This document shows, in pieces, positions 51,901 to 64,000 of a DNA stretch of 64,000 bases. A program made the position numbers and the translations under genes. Origin of the DNA: Owenia fusiformis (taxonomy: Eukaryota); NCBI GenBank assembly GCA_903813345.2, contig CAIIXF020000001.1:42470001-42534000 (forward strand), in the 5' to 3' direction. Position 1 is the stretch's first letter. Each line of letters begins with the position of its first letter. The notes below the pieces were generated by a model. That model saw nothing but the letters and a program-made list of their open reading frames with translations. It was not told where the DNA came from and ran no database searches.

Positions 51901-54900
51901 TCCAAACCAACATGAATAGTTTTATATAATGCCAACTTCAGTCAGTCTACTCTGTCGTTGATATATAAAGGAAATATTCATTGATCAGACGTTCATAGAA
52001 TTTTGTCAATTTTATCCAATATGTATACACAAGTACCAACGGAATATTATAAAAAAAGGTTACAGAACACAGCAATGAAAATATAACATTAGAGTACACC
52101 AGTCATAATGAAAATAAACCTTAATTATCCCAAATCATAACCCAAAGTGAAAAGAAGCAGTGTCTAATACCCCTCACCCTCACCCCTCACCCTTCAAGTA
52201 CCAATATCACAATCCAAACCAAAACATCGAGGGACATTTCATTCATATTGAACAATACGTTTAAGAATAAACATCTTATTATTCTCTAAACATGAGTGCC
52301 TGGAACAACAACTGGTTACAAACAATTCTGTGTTTTATCTATTTCTCATATTGAGAAATTCAATATACCTCACAATTCAAGTACCAATATCACAATCCAA
52401 ACCAAAACACAGGGACATTTCATTCATATTGAACAATACCTTTAAGAATAAACATGATAGCCAATACTCAAATTTAGTTGAAGATGCTAGCATCCATACA
52501 AGATTAGCATTCAGTCTCAAATGATGTGGGACAGACAAAATCCAGTTTCGAAGTCCATAAGCATATCAACGAGTCAACACCCTTTTACTTTTCAGTATGA
52601 TTCTTTTACCCTGGGAAGCCCAGGTTCCACAAGGGCACACGTAGAAGCATTTTTATTCCAGGCAATGCAGAGAGCTAATATGGTAGTATTGATATTTATA
52701 ATTATAAAAAGCACAGTAAGCAAAACAAACAAAAATTCCAAATAAAACATCCTATAAACAATACCAAATTTAAGGTAAGGCCTGGTTCACCTGCATCTAG
52801 AATTCAAGGGGCGATATCGTATAATATAAGAGCTATGCTTAGTAAATCAAATAGCCAGGCATTTGAATAACTAAAAGATTGATAATTTAGTTCTGTTTTA
52901 CGGAAAATAAATGCATACTTTTTCTTATTTTGGGTGCAATCTGGGGTCAATTTGCCGAAATATATTTTCCTATCGAGGATTGGAATCGCATTTGTTTAAT
53001 TTATTTCGAGAAAAGATCATGAAATGAAAATATGGTGTCTGTGGATGAATACCGATTAAATGACATAAGCAAAACAAATATTACTTTTTCGGCTGCCTAA
53101 CTGCAAGAAATTTTAACACTGTTGCTAGTTGATTATAGTTATATATAAAAATAGATATACTTAACATTTTAGCTTTGGCAGCAAAATTATATAAAACTAA
53201 AAATAAGGGCAATACAACGATTGGGCGATAATATTGATTTATCACTATATAAAACAGTAAGTAAACATTATTAATTCTTAATTGAATTTATCAGTTTTCT
53301 TATCCGCACAATTTATTTGACTTGAAAGCACTGGTAGACATGGCAAGTGATACTAAGTTGTTCAGGTTTTTGGCAAAATAAGCAACCTAAATCTCTGTCC
53401 CCAATACCAACAGATATTCTTGGAATGTGCATTTAACTTATCAATTGATAACTTGATATTGTGTTTTTATTCCAGGACCCATTGTCTTATTGGAGCAGAC
53501 AAAATTCCTGTGGAGTTTTCAACAAAGCTTATAATTGTGACGCTTCATTTCTTATAACAAGGTATAGTCTTCTATAATATGGAATATGTAAGGACAAGTG
53601 TCAAAACATGAAAAATACGAAAAAAGAAAAAAATTCAGTCATTCAGGAATCGAAAAGCACATAACAATGAGACATTTCTTTAATACTCGGACATAGTGAA
53701 AAACAAATAAAAAATAGTTCCAATAGTCTTGCTCATGAAAATATTCGTCGATACTGGATATACTAGCAAATTTTGATATATCTCCTATTACTGTACACAA
53801 TGGTCTTTCCAAGCATCATTACCTTTCTGTGTAGAGTCAATTATCAACATTAATTATAAAAATGCAAACCATTATATACGTAGTTGCACATTTGGATATG
53901 TGTATGTTTACTTATGAATATATATATTCTCATTTTTATTTATTATATTCTAGTTTGTTTGCTTATATTGAAGGACGGTCAGTGAACCACATATTTCATT
54001 TTTTACATTGATATAGCATATACTTAAATATTCCCATTACAGCTCAGGAATTCTTGGAGACAGACAAAGTGCCTTTCACCAAGAGTCATATTTCTGTGCT
54101 GGAAAAGGTTGTGCAATCATCAGCTATTCTCCTAATATGAAGACTGATATGGTTGGACAAGCCATAGCAATTGAGCTAGGCCATTTGTTGGGACTGTTTG
54201 ATGATGGTATAAATTATTAAATAAATTATGTTTGTATTAAATGGCGTAAAACGAACTTGATCACCTTTGTCGGTACTCCTTGCATGTTATATATCAATCA
54301 TTGTTCATTCCTGCAATGTGATAATATTTGAATTACAACCAACTGAGATGTAGTTTGGTGTATTATATGCGTCTTTAAACACCTTTATTTTTATAACCTT
54401 GTACATCATCGCAGATATATTTATGTCACAACATACATGTATACTTTATTGTAGAAGAATGTGAATCAAATTGAATTGTATTTAATTAATTCTTAATAAT
54501 AATGACATAATGACAATAGATATTGTATATATTATATGTAATACAAAACACATGTATTCGTAAATGTAGTATTGATGCTTCGCTATTTCTGTTTCAGAAT
54601 CTCATCGCTGTGATCACAGGGAGGCTAACGGAAACATATGTGTTGCCGAATCATGTGTGATGAACTCCATGTAAGATTCTTCAACAATTAAGCAATATTA
54701 GGTCATTACTTGGCAAGTGTAGGGTTCGCTGAAAAGGAATGTGTTTGGTCTTTTGTTTTGTGCAAATCCTCAAATTTTACATAATGTGGGATAGTATGCA
54801 AGAAATGTATTACTAAAAGATCCATCTTTATGCATCTTAAAAAGTGTAAGTTGTGAACATTGTTTAACTTAAAATGTGCATGCCTTACCTTTATTTTTCC

Positions 54901-57900
54901 ATTTTGTAGAACATCGATGGACATGCTACCTAAAACTTGGAGTTCTTGTAGTATTGGAAAACTGGCCATGGCATTATCAGTTAAAAATGAAACTCAATGC
55001 TTCCGAAAGGTAGGACAAAAAGAATTGTATTTCATACTACCATTTTGATGGTATTCCACCATTAAGTTTATAGTTAATTTTTTAATTAGATTTATGTGAA
55101 GCTGTTATAAAACTGTAAGTTTTATGATTTGGATTACATACATGTATGTAAGCACATAAATGACTACCTAAAAAGCTTCATATTTTATAAGAATTTAATA
55201 GTAGAATATCCGGAAATATACAAATGATAGAAATCTAAAATAAATAGATGAATATTTTATGCACTCGACTTGAAACTACGAGATATTTTTCGTGGTTGAA
55301 AGTCATAATGCTTATATGCATTTAGCGTAATGATTTATCAAAAACTTGTAAATATATTTATAAAGAAGGATTGTCCTTTAACATTTGCAGATAAACATAA
55401 TTTTTATTTTATTTCAGCCTTCTTTGAGAGCAGCTAGAATTTTAAAAATCATTAAAAAATCAGGGGTAAATGAACATTTATATAATATTCTGTTGTGTTT
55501 TTAAAATCAGTGATTTTTATAACTGCACACGCTTAATTTATGATAACGTATGTACCAGGTACAAGATGTGTTAATAGGATCATGATATATTTTCTTTAGA
55601 TACCTGGAGTATGTGGGAATGGTGAAACAGAGATTGGAGAGATATGTGACTGCCCCCTGCGTGTATGTATTCTTAATTCACGTATAGTTCTGATTGCTTT
55701 TATTTGTACCTTGGTTCAATATCGATCGTGAAAGATCTTCAGTCTTGCTTATAATCATGAGCAAATTAAATCCCCATAATTTAAGTATAGAAATAGGACT
55801 ACATCTATATACACATGTGTAAGATCGACCCATGTAGTCTCTTAGATGCTGAATATCATCTCCTTGTACTATGCAAGAGAGTATGTAATAATTAGAATTT
55901 CTCTTTCATTGAAATGCATGTATTCGTTTCATTGTTTGTTTCCAATGAATATCGTTTCAAATAGTTGACATATTGATGAAAAGGTGGTAGCACGCTTGAT
56001 TGATTCTTACAGTTATGCACAGAAGAGTTCTACAACGACCCAGAAAACAATTGCGACCCTTTTACCTGTAAGGTACATGTACTTGCGTATGCTTTTATAT
56101 TATTAATACTGTTAAAACAAAATACAACGCACATATTAACTTGCTTTTATTCATTAACCACACCATACAATAAATTGGTACAATAAATACAATTTTCATA
56201 TAATTTGGTTTCCTACTGTGTGTAGCAACTAGGTTCTGATCTGATGGAATTGACATTCTTGGATGAGGTAATGTACTTATCACGTATATATGTTGGAAAT
56301 GTCATTGTAACACTGTGTGATTTCTAATATTAATTGTGTTTCGGGTGAAACAATTGCATTTGATTGTTATTGAAATGTGGTATTTGAAAAAATGCAATAA
56401 AAATTCTCTGTCTGACAATGTACATAAAAAAATAAGAGAATTGGGTAACGTCAAGATTATTTGTACATACATGTATGTGCGAAATGTTTTTGTAAGTATG
56501 TGTAATTTGTTTTGCACGCAATACTGTTAGAGAGTTAAAAATCAGTGTGGTTTTTAAGATACTGTATTATTTTAGGGATAGGATTTCGTTGAATATACGA
56601 TGTAGTTTGAACATGTTATTTGTGGTTTCTTATGATTGAAATAGTATCAACTTCAGTAATGAGTAATTTGTCTATTGATACACACTTGGGGTATGCCATT
56701 CGGTATGTCAACTGTCTGTACATTGTCTCTGTTATAGCATGTTTCAAATAATTGGAATATCCATGTGTAAGACATGTTGCATTTTGCATGATAATGATGG
56801 ACACGGTGGTGTTTTTATTTTAAATATGTAAAAATTCTCTCTCATCGAAACATTCTTAAATGTATGAATCATGAGTTATATATACGTGTTTCAACGATAC
56901 CAAGAAGATTGATTAGACCGTGAAATCAGTTATAAAATGCTTACTGATTGAAATTACTGCTACATGACCCCAAATTTTGTTCTTGTTATCAACTTTAAGA
57001 TACTGTCTTTTAACAATTTCAGGTCCTCCCCTCTCAGGATCTCCCCGTTGTCGGTGATGTAACTGGCCCCCAGATTATCCCTTTATGTGGTAATGGCAAA
57101 GTAGAAAAAGGTGAGGAATGTGACTGCAAACACAGGAGATTTGAGGTGAGTAGCTTATCTACCTGTCTACGTGTAAATCGGATGGGTATGATTCAAATGC
57201 AATTTTACAAAATCGTTTCAAAAAAGAAAATAGTAATTATTATTGACAAATATTATGTCTTCCCTTTATCGGTGCATACATCTGTATACATGTAGCCCGA
57301 TAATCGATGGGTTAGTAAACCATCTCAGTTTTTAAAAATAAAGAAGGCAACGATTTTTCAATGTTCTAGTTCATTGTATCGTTAATTCTGTGAAATGTTT
57401 GGCAGAAGATACACGCACTCACACATACAATTCTTTTCAATTCCTCAATGTAATTGCCATTTTGATTATCATAATATATATATATAATCTTACAATATAT
57501 ATTTTCTCTAAAAACAGACTTGCGATGATCCAAGATGTGAGGCATTGATTTGTAAACTAAGAAGCTGTGGAAATGGAAAAATTGATGATGGTGAAGAATG
57601 TGACTGCGAACCAGATGGGGTGAGTACCTCTAGACATATATTTAGATGTATGTGCAGAGGGGGAGAAACCCTAGGGCTCAAAGATGACGTACGTCTAATG
57701 TAAATCTGTATTGATATGACCCGCCATCCGGATTGGTCCAAATCGACAAACAAAAGTGGCGGATTCAAACTTTTCTAAGAACGCTTCCAATAACATATTG
57801 TGTTGTTATTTCACAGCAAGATAAAGAAAGATGAAATAAATATGCTTAAATCGATTAGACATGATATATTCAAAATCTAACTGGTAAGAATTTGCGCAAA

Positions 57901-60900
57901 CGAAGGTGTTACGCAAGAGACGTAATATGTTATTTGTGCCACTGAACGAAACAAACTATTATCTGAGTATAGCAGATTGGAACATGTGGAATCTATGATC
58001 TATGAATTGAACTTGTAAGATGAAAGTCAAATCAAGTTGCAACATGCATAGACGTGTCGCAAAAAGGTGGCGCATTTGTTTTTTAAGGGTATCGCGTGAA
58101 TGTAACTTTGATTCCCCGGAATATAAGATAATATTCTAATTAAAGTTATATATCATTTTAAAGCTGTTTCGATGAAGATTTTAGATCAACTACACTCCGT
58201 TCACATTTTTTGCGCGTTCGTTTTTAAAAAAGAGTTTTTTACCAAAACATCTGGCAAATATCCCATGTTGACACGTTACATTTTGAATTATTTTTCGTCT
58301 TTAAACGCTCATAACTCAAACAATATATGACTATTATACTTATTTTTCGTCTTGATAAAGGTAGATGGAAGTTTTAATTCAAAGGATGAATTTTAGTAAG
58401 CGTCCCATATTGTGACGTCATAGAGTCTGAAAAATAGAATCTGTTGACAGCGACCTTTTTTGCTCATTTTTTGGTACCTTCAACTTTTCAGGTGTACATT
58501 AAACAAAAAATACGAGATCAATTTTTAATAAATCATACATGATTATTTTGCTCCTAAACTCTAGTTTATTAATAATTAGTTGATTTTGTTCACAAAAGTA
58601 TGTGTTTTCTGTTGTATGTGGAAAAGTGGAGGACGAAAGGTTTTCAAAATTCATTAAAATAGGGCTTAGTGCAGTCAGAATGTGGGTTTCGGCGTGCGTT
58701 CAGAGGGATTTTATGGGGCATAATTTTTCATGTTACTACTATGATTATACATATTTGTATGGATTATTAGATCTTAGTTTTTCAGCTTTTAGATTTTGTG
58801 GCCATTTTACCCCCCATGGGCTATAATTTGGACCCCTACTATATAATTGGGCAAGAACTCAAAAAATACTCAGTGGAATGTTTCCAAATTACTAAGTTAT
58901 ATTGGTATGGGCTAATTGAATATATGATAAAAATTTCATGCCACATGGTTAACTGGTTGCCATGGAAATGGATAAAACATGCCCTTCGGGTGTCAATTTT
59001 CAGGCCAATTTTTCAGGACTGACAGAGTCATTTCATGCATATTTTGTCACCAATGTGTTAGGAAGGGTTAAAATGTCAATAGAAAACTTCTATAATATAT
59101 AAGCAACAATTGTATGTAAAGATCAGTCCACAAAACCTCAGATTTTGGCCTTGTATTGGTCCATGACTTATACAGGGGTCTATTTCATAGACTCGAGCTC
59201 CCACATTGGATGGATGCTATAACTTTTGAAATAATGGAGATACAGGTCTAATTTTTTCAGATCTTCATAAATGGTTAGTTTTAAGTATTTTATATTACTT
59301 TGGGAGCTGACATGTGATTGGTTGCCATGGTAACCAGGGTTTTAGGGAAATTCCGACCCCCACATTGGATGGATGCTATAACTTTTGAAATAAGGGAGAT
59401 ACAGGTCTCATTTCTTCAGATCTTCATAAATGGTTGGTTTTAAGTATTTTAATATACATTTGGAGCTGGTATATGATTGGTTGCCATGGTAACCAGGGTT
59501 TTAAGGAAATCCTGACCCCGACATTGGATGGATGTTATAACTTTTGAAATAAGGGAGATTCATGTCTCATTTTTTCAGATTTTTGACAATGATTGATTTA
59601 AAGTATTGATTTAGACTTTGGGAGCTGAAATTTGATTGGTTACCATGGAAATCAGGGTTTTGTTGAAATTCAGACCTCCACAATTGATGAACACTATAAC
59701 TCTTAAATACAGCCAGATAAGATAATCTTTTCAGATGTAAGATAATAATAATATGTGTGTATTGTATTAGACTTTGGAAGCTAGGATTTATTTGTCTGCC
59801 ATGGTAACCATGTTTCATTGTCATGGTAACTGCTGTTTTCGTTTTCAGATTCACCTTTATTCTAGATAGGTCAATACATGACATAAAATACCAAATTGCT
59901 CAAAGTTATCATTTTATTCTTAATTTTTTTTTTCTATTTTATATGATTTACATTCTCATGACTCAATAATACTAGAGATGCAAACATTGTTTGGCTCATA
60001 AAATATCAAATACTAGTAAACAATACATGTATGTCTGACAATATTGCCTTATTCCATACGACTAGTTCTTACAAAAGTTCTGACTCCTAATTGTTCATTT
60101 GAACTCATCATTACTGTTTTCATTTAGCACAATTTCCTCTTAACATCAATTTCTGTTGGAATGAAGGATTGTTTTGACCATTCTGGAGATAAGGATCCTC
60201 AGGGGATATAGTCCATTCATGCAGTATTGGACTTGGCAGAATGGGTTAAGACTGATCCCTGTGGTTTCACTGTATATAAAATTGGCTGGGGTCCAAGGCT
60301 GAACCCTCAGATATCAATATGTTCCCATCAAATCTGTCAAATTTGAATGTGTTCCGATATCAACCAAAATAATGCCCAAAAGCCATACCAAATGCCCAAA
60401 TATATGACCAGTGCCATACCAAATATCCAGATATGAAAACATGGCCATTGAAAATTTCTAATGCCTCGAGAAGAAGGCAGATCATTGAGGAAAACAACCA
60501 AAAACAACCTCACATTAAGGATATACTAGATCAATGCCATACATGTGCAACAAGTGAGGGGCAACATATTTTTCACAACCATTCCCAAATTCGACCATTG
60601 CTATACCTCTCAAGTCATAATTTGGAGAGCATTCTCATACCAGATCCTAAAATTTGGGTCCATTGCCATATCAAATGTCAAAAGTAGCCCACCTGATCTG
60701 AGGATCCCCTCAAGGTTTATATACAGTGAACTCCTGGGAAACGGGGGGTAATGTTTCCACTTCCAAATATAAGTTTTATCATCCATCCTCTTCAAATGTT
60801 ATAATGAGCAATCATTACAAGATGGAAGAGTTCAACATTTAATTCATTGCATTATATTAGCTGCTATGAAAGCAGTCAAGGACCAATCTTGAAAGATGGG

Positions 60901-63900
60901 AAGAGTTGAAATGTCAACACCTCCATAAGTGAGGGCAGGACTGTTCTGTTTTTGAGAATATCTTATGTGAAACAGCTCATATTGTTATCTATTGATGTAA
61001 GTTACAAATATGTTTTTGTTATTCTGCTGTACTTTTACTGGTGAACAATTCAACTTTGGATTTTATTGTGTCAGGAATTTTTATATTGATTCCTATTATG
61101 AAGAAAATAACCTTAAGAACCTCAACTGATGTGAACTCTGTCCCATTAGATGTTAGAAGCTCAACCCAACCCCTGTAGCTGCAAACCTAGGACCAAGTCC
61201 TGTGTTAAGCTATATTAGCCTTCAATGCGTTTCCTGGATCAGATTCCTCCAGTGCAGAAATACAACAAAACAGCAGAAATAGAAAAATAACTGCCACTAA
61301 TAGAATATGAGATGAGCTGTTTCCCATGAGATACAGAAAAAAACAGAACAGTGCTGCCCTCACTTATGAAGGTGTTGACATTTTCTTTCACATTTGAAGA
61401 GGGTAAATTATCAAACCTATGTATGGACACATTCCCACCACCCTAAACCCAGCTCTACCATTATGCCTAACACTGCATGAATGAACTGTGAATTCCCTGA
61501 CGAACACAAGAATGGTCAAAAGAATCCTTCTTTCCAATAGAAATTGTTGATATTTTTAATTAAGAGGCAATTGTGGAAGATGAAAACGATAATGATGAGT
61601 AAAAACAAGTTGGGAGTCTGAATATGTGTGAGAACTAGTAGAATGGAATGAGGCTATACTGTCAGACATACAGGATAAATTGCTGAAATAAAGAGCAAAA
61701 TGATAATTTTGAGCATTTTGGTATAACATGTTGTGAATTGACCATTCTCAAATGAAGGTAAGACTGAAATAAAAAATTAGGGGTACCATGGCGACGAAAC
61801 ATGGTTACCATGGCAATCAAGTAAATGCTAAGCTACAAAGTCTAATTCAATACACAAATCTAATTAATTTTTAAGATCTGAAATGATGATATCTGTATCT
61901 GCTTGAATTCAAACATTAAAGCATTTATCAATTGAGGAGGTCCAAATTTCAATAAAACTCTAGTTACCATGGTAACCAATCAAATTTCAGCCCCCAAAGT
62001 CTAATTTAATATTTATAATCAATCATTGTCTAAGATCTGAAATAATGAGACATGTATCTCCCTTATTTCAAAAGTTATAGCATCCATCCAATGTGGGGGT
62101 CGGAATTTCCGTAAAACCCTGGTTACCATGGCAACCAATCACACGTCAGCTCCCAAAGTAAAATAGAATACTTAAAACTAACCATTTATGAAGATCTGAA
62201 AAAATGAGACCTGTATCTCCATTATTTCAAAAGTTATAGCATCCATCCAATGTGGGAGCTCGAGTCTATGAAATAGACCCCTGTATAAGTCATGGACCAA
62301 TACAAGGCCAAAATCTGAGGTTTTGTGGACTGATCTTTACATACAATTGTTGCTTATATATTATAGAAGTTTTCTATTGACATTTTAACCCTTCCTAACA
62401 CATTGGTGACAAAATATGCATGAAATGACTCTGTCAGTCCTGAAAAATTGGCCTGAAAATTGACACCCGAAGGGCATATTGTATCCATTTCCATGGCAAC
62501 CAGTTAACCATGTGACATGAAATTTTTATCATATATTCAATTAGCCTATACCAATATAACTTAGTAATTTGGAAACATTCCATTGAGTATTTTTTGAGTT
62601 CTTGCCCAATTATATAGTAGGGGTCCAAATTTTAGCCCATGGGGGGTAAAATGGCCACAAAATCTAAAAGCTGAAAAACTAAGATCTAATAATCCACACA
62701 AATATGTAAAATCATAGTAGTAACATGAAAAATTATTTCCCATAAAATCCCTCTGAACGCACGCTGAAACCCACATTCTGACTGCACTAGCTAATTTACG
62801 CCATTCGCCTATTTTCAAGCACAGTAACACGTATATTTATTTCACCTAAAATATAAACTGATTCGTGTTTTATGATGCTCCTAGCCCATTAACAATATAT
62901 ATATGATATCAGAGTTATTCGTCTAAAATGTTTTGAGATATATAGGTAAATGTGGAGGACGAAAGGATTTTCATGTGTGTACATTTTTCTCAAAAACGTC
63001 ACATTCTATCATGTTAAAAGTGAGGATCCTCTGGATTACGCCACAAAATGTGTAACAATGCGTGCGCGAGCTTTTTGCGACACGTCATAGTTTTTGATAT
63101 TTTAGGCTTGCTGGAACACTGGTGCTGAGTCCAGCGGTTGCTGTAACAGAAAAACATGTAAAGTAAGGGAACTTTGAGGAGTGTAAAAATCAAAATTTAT
63201 TTTGCACAATTACTTCCTGTTATGCGTTGAAAATTACAGTGGTATAGTTAAAGTAATATTATGACTTTTTGGTGATATAATGACCAAGCATTTTTTAGCA
63301 TAGTATTGTCAAATGGCGAATTTAGCTAATATCCCAATCCTACTTGTAGTATGATACTTTGGCTGAATGTACATATGCAAATATGACAGGACTTTGTAAC
63401 AGTGGGGTTTGTACTATAAACAATCCCTGCTCTACGTTATTCAAAATAGCAGGTAATATGAACATGTGTGACATGTTAGATTTTGATAATAATAAAAGTC
63501 GCATATTCAATTTCCTAATCTTTTTTAATATTTTGTGTTGAATGAATAATTGCATAATTGCTTGCCAGGTCTGTGTTTCTTATATCACAGCTGAGCTTAA
63601 GTTTATACAGTCCCACTGAGTGATACATATTAATTGTTAACCATATATATACCATGGTACATTTATGGACCTTATCTTAAATCATAGTGGTAACTATCAT
63701 GATTTGTAAAACCAATTTCTCGCTTTTTTACATCAAAAATAGGTTCAACGGTGCCTGGGGAGACCTATAGGAAAAACTCCCTACAAGGAGAAGCGTCTCT
63801 TTTTGCCGGCGCTGGAGCTGCTGTAAGACTTCGATATAGCGACTTCAACAAGGAAGGGCAAATGTGGCAGCCTTATGTTGTAAAGCAGAGTGATGGCACC

Positions 63901-63941
63901 ATGATAACATCCTCTGATTATCCACAGCTAGACATAAGTGG
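48930..63941 (+). CDS. ADAM/reprolysin-like (M12B fold) protein, probably catalytically inactive; 3'-partial
   Basis: Phase-consistent exons: 48930-49028, 49174-49353, 49986-50099 and/or 51306-51428, 53476-53561, 54043-54206, 54598-54670, 54910-55009, 55418-55465, 55600-55662, 56013-56072, 57023-57145, 57518-57619, 63106-63162, 63350-63452, 63743-63941. Motifs: CDASFLIT, AIELGHLLGLFDD, Met-turn CVM, WSSCS, CGNG..E.GE.CDC x3, CCNRKTCK, C...GLCNSGVC...C. The start (ATG 48933, hydrophobic MLAAFTVTTVIITTTTDG) is uncertain. Confidence 0.8.
50146..51137. mobile_element. Tc1/mariner foldback element with decayed transposase C-terminus
   Basis: TA-TAGGGTGTCTCAAAAAAATGTACCCAAAAGTATATCAA...TTGATATACTTTTGGGTACATTTTTTTGAGACACCCGA-TA. 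It encodes FLCGYLKES...KDLEQLKGNIQREIQNIPPALLSNVMNNVAVRIQAVI. Confidence 0.88.
52193..52455. repeat. ~80-bp direct repeat pair
   Basis: TTCAAGTACCAATATCACAATCCAAACCAAAACA...TTTAAGAATAAACAT at 52193-52274 and 52376-52455. Confidence 0.85.
58051..63086. mobile_element. GACGTGTCGC-TIR element copy 2 (inverted relative to copy 1), split by an Academ-like insertion
   Basis: ATA-GACGTGTCGCAAAAAG...CTTTTTGCGACACGTC-ATA. Segments 58051-58666 and 62790-63086 join to reconstruct copy 1. Confidence 0.92.
58667..62789. mobile_element. 4.1-kb Academ-like non-autonomous foldback transposon
   Basis: GCT-TAGTGCAGTCAGAATGTGGG...CCCACATTCTGACTGCACTA-GCT, i.e. TAG...CTA ends with a 3-bp TSD. The empty site AATAGGGCTAATTTACG in copy 1 confirms the boundaries. 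Near-identical TIRs of ~750 bp; internal ~160-bp tandem units. Confidence 0.88.
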
Positions 63942-64000
63942 GTGAGGATACGATTTCACATTATCACTTGGTGTCTTTGTAAAAATTTAAAAATGAATTG

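Noticed and set aside
58602..62830. Paired ORFs at 58602-59022 and 62434-62830 as duplicated genes
   Set aside because: They are mirror translations of the transposon terminal inverted repeats.

Overview
AT-rich, intron-rich animal (invertebrate-type) genomic DNA. Most ORFs in the supplied track are exon read-throughs or noise. Splicing by hand gives five protein-coding genes. (1) The 3' 17 exons of a neprilysin/M13 zinc endopeptidase on + (116-11974). (2) A two-exon CPTP/GLTP-fold lipid transfer gene on - (14588-25427). (3) A 19-finger C2H2 zinc-finger gene with an intronless CDS on - (16182-18749), nested on the same strand inside the 10.2-kb CPTP intron. (4) DSCC1/DCC1 on + (26297-33912), head-to-head with CPTP. 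(5) An unusual ADAM-like gene on + (from ~48930, running off the window), with a degenerate zinc-binding motif, a tandemly duplicated exon, three CGNG-x2-E/D-x-GE-x-CDC repeats and no disintegrin loop. Introns and intergenic DNA are packed with non-autonomous DNA transposons: Tc1/mariner-type TA-TSD foldbacks, Kolobok-like TTAA elements, Helentron/HINE-like elements, a 4.1-kb Academ-like foldback, and a CAC...GTG element with a 5-bp TSD. Several of these are nested. All exon structures were derived by eye from splice consensus and reading-frame continuity, with no transcript data.
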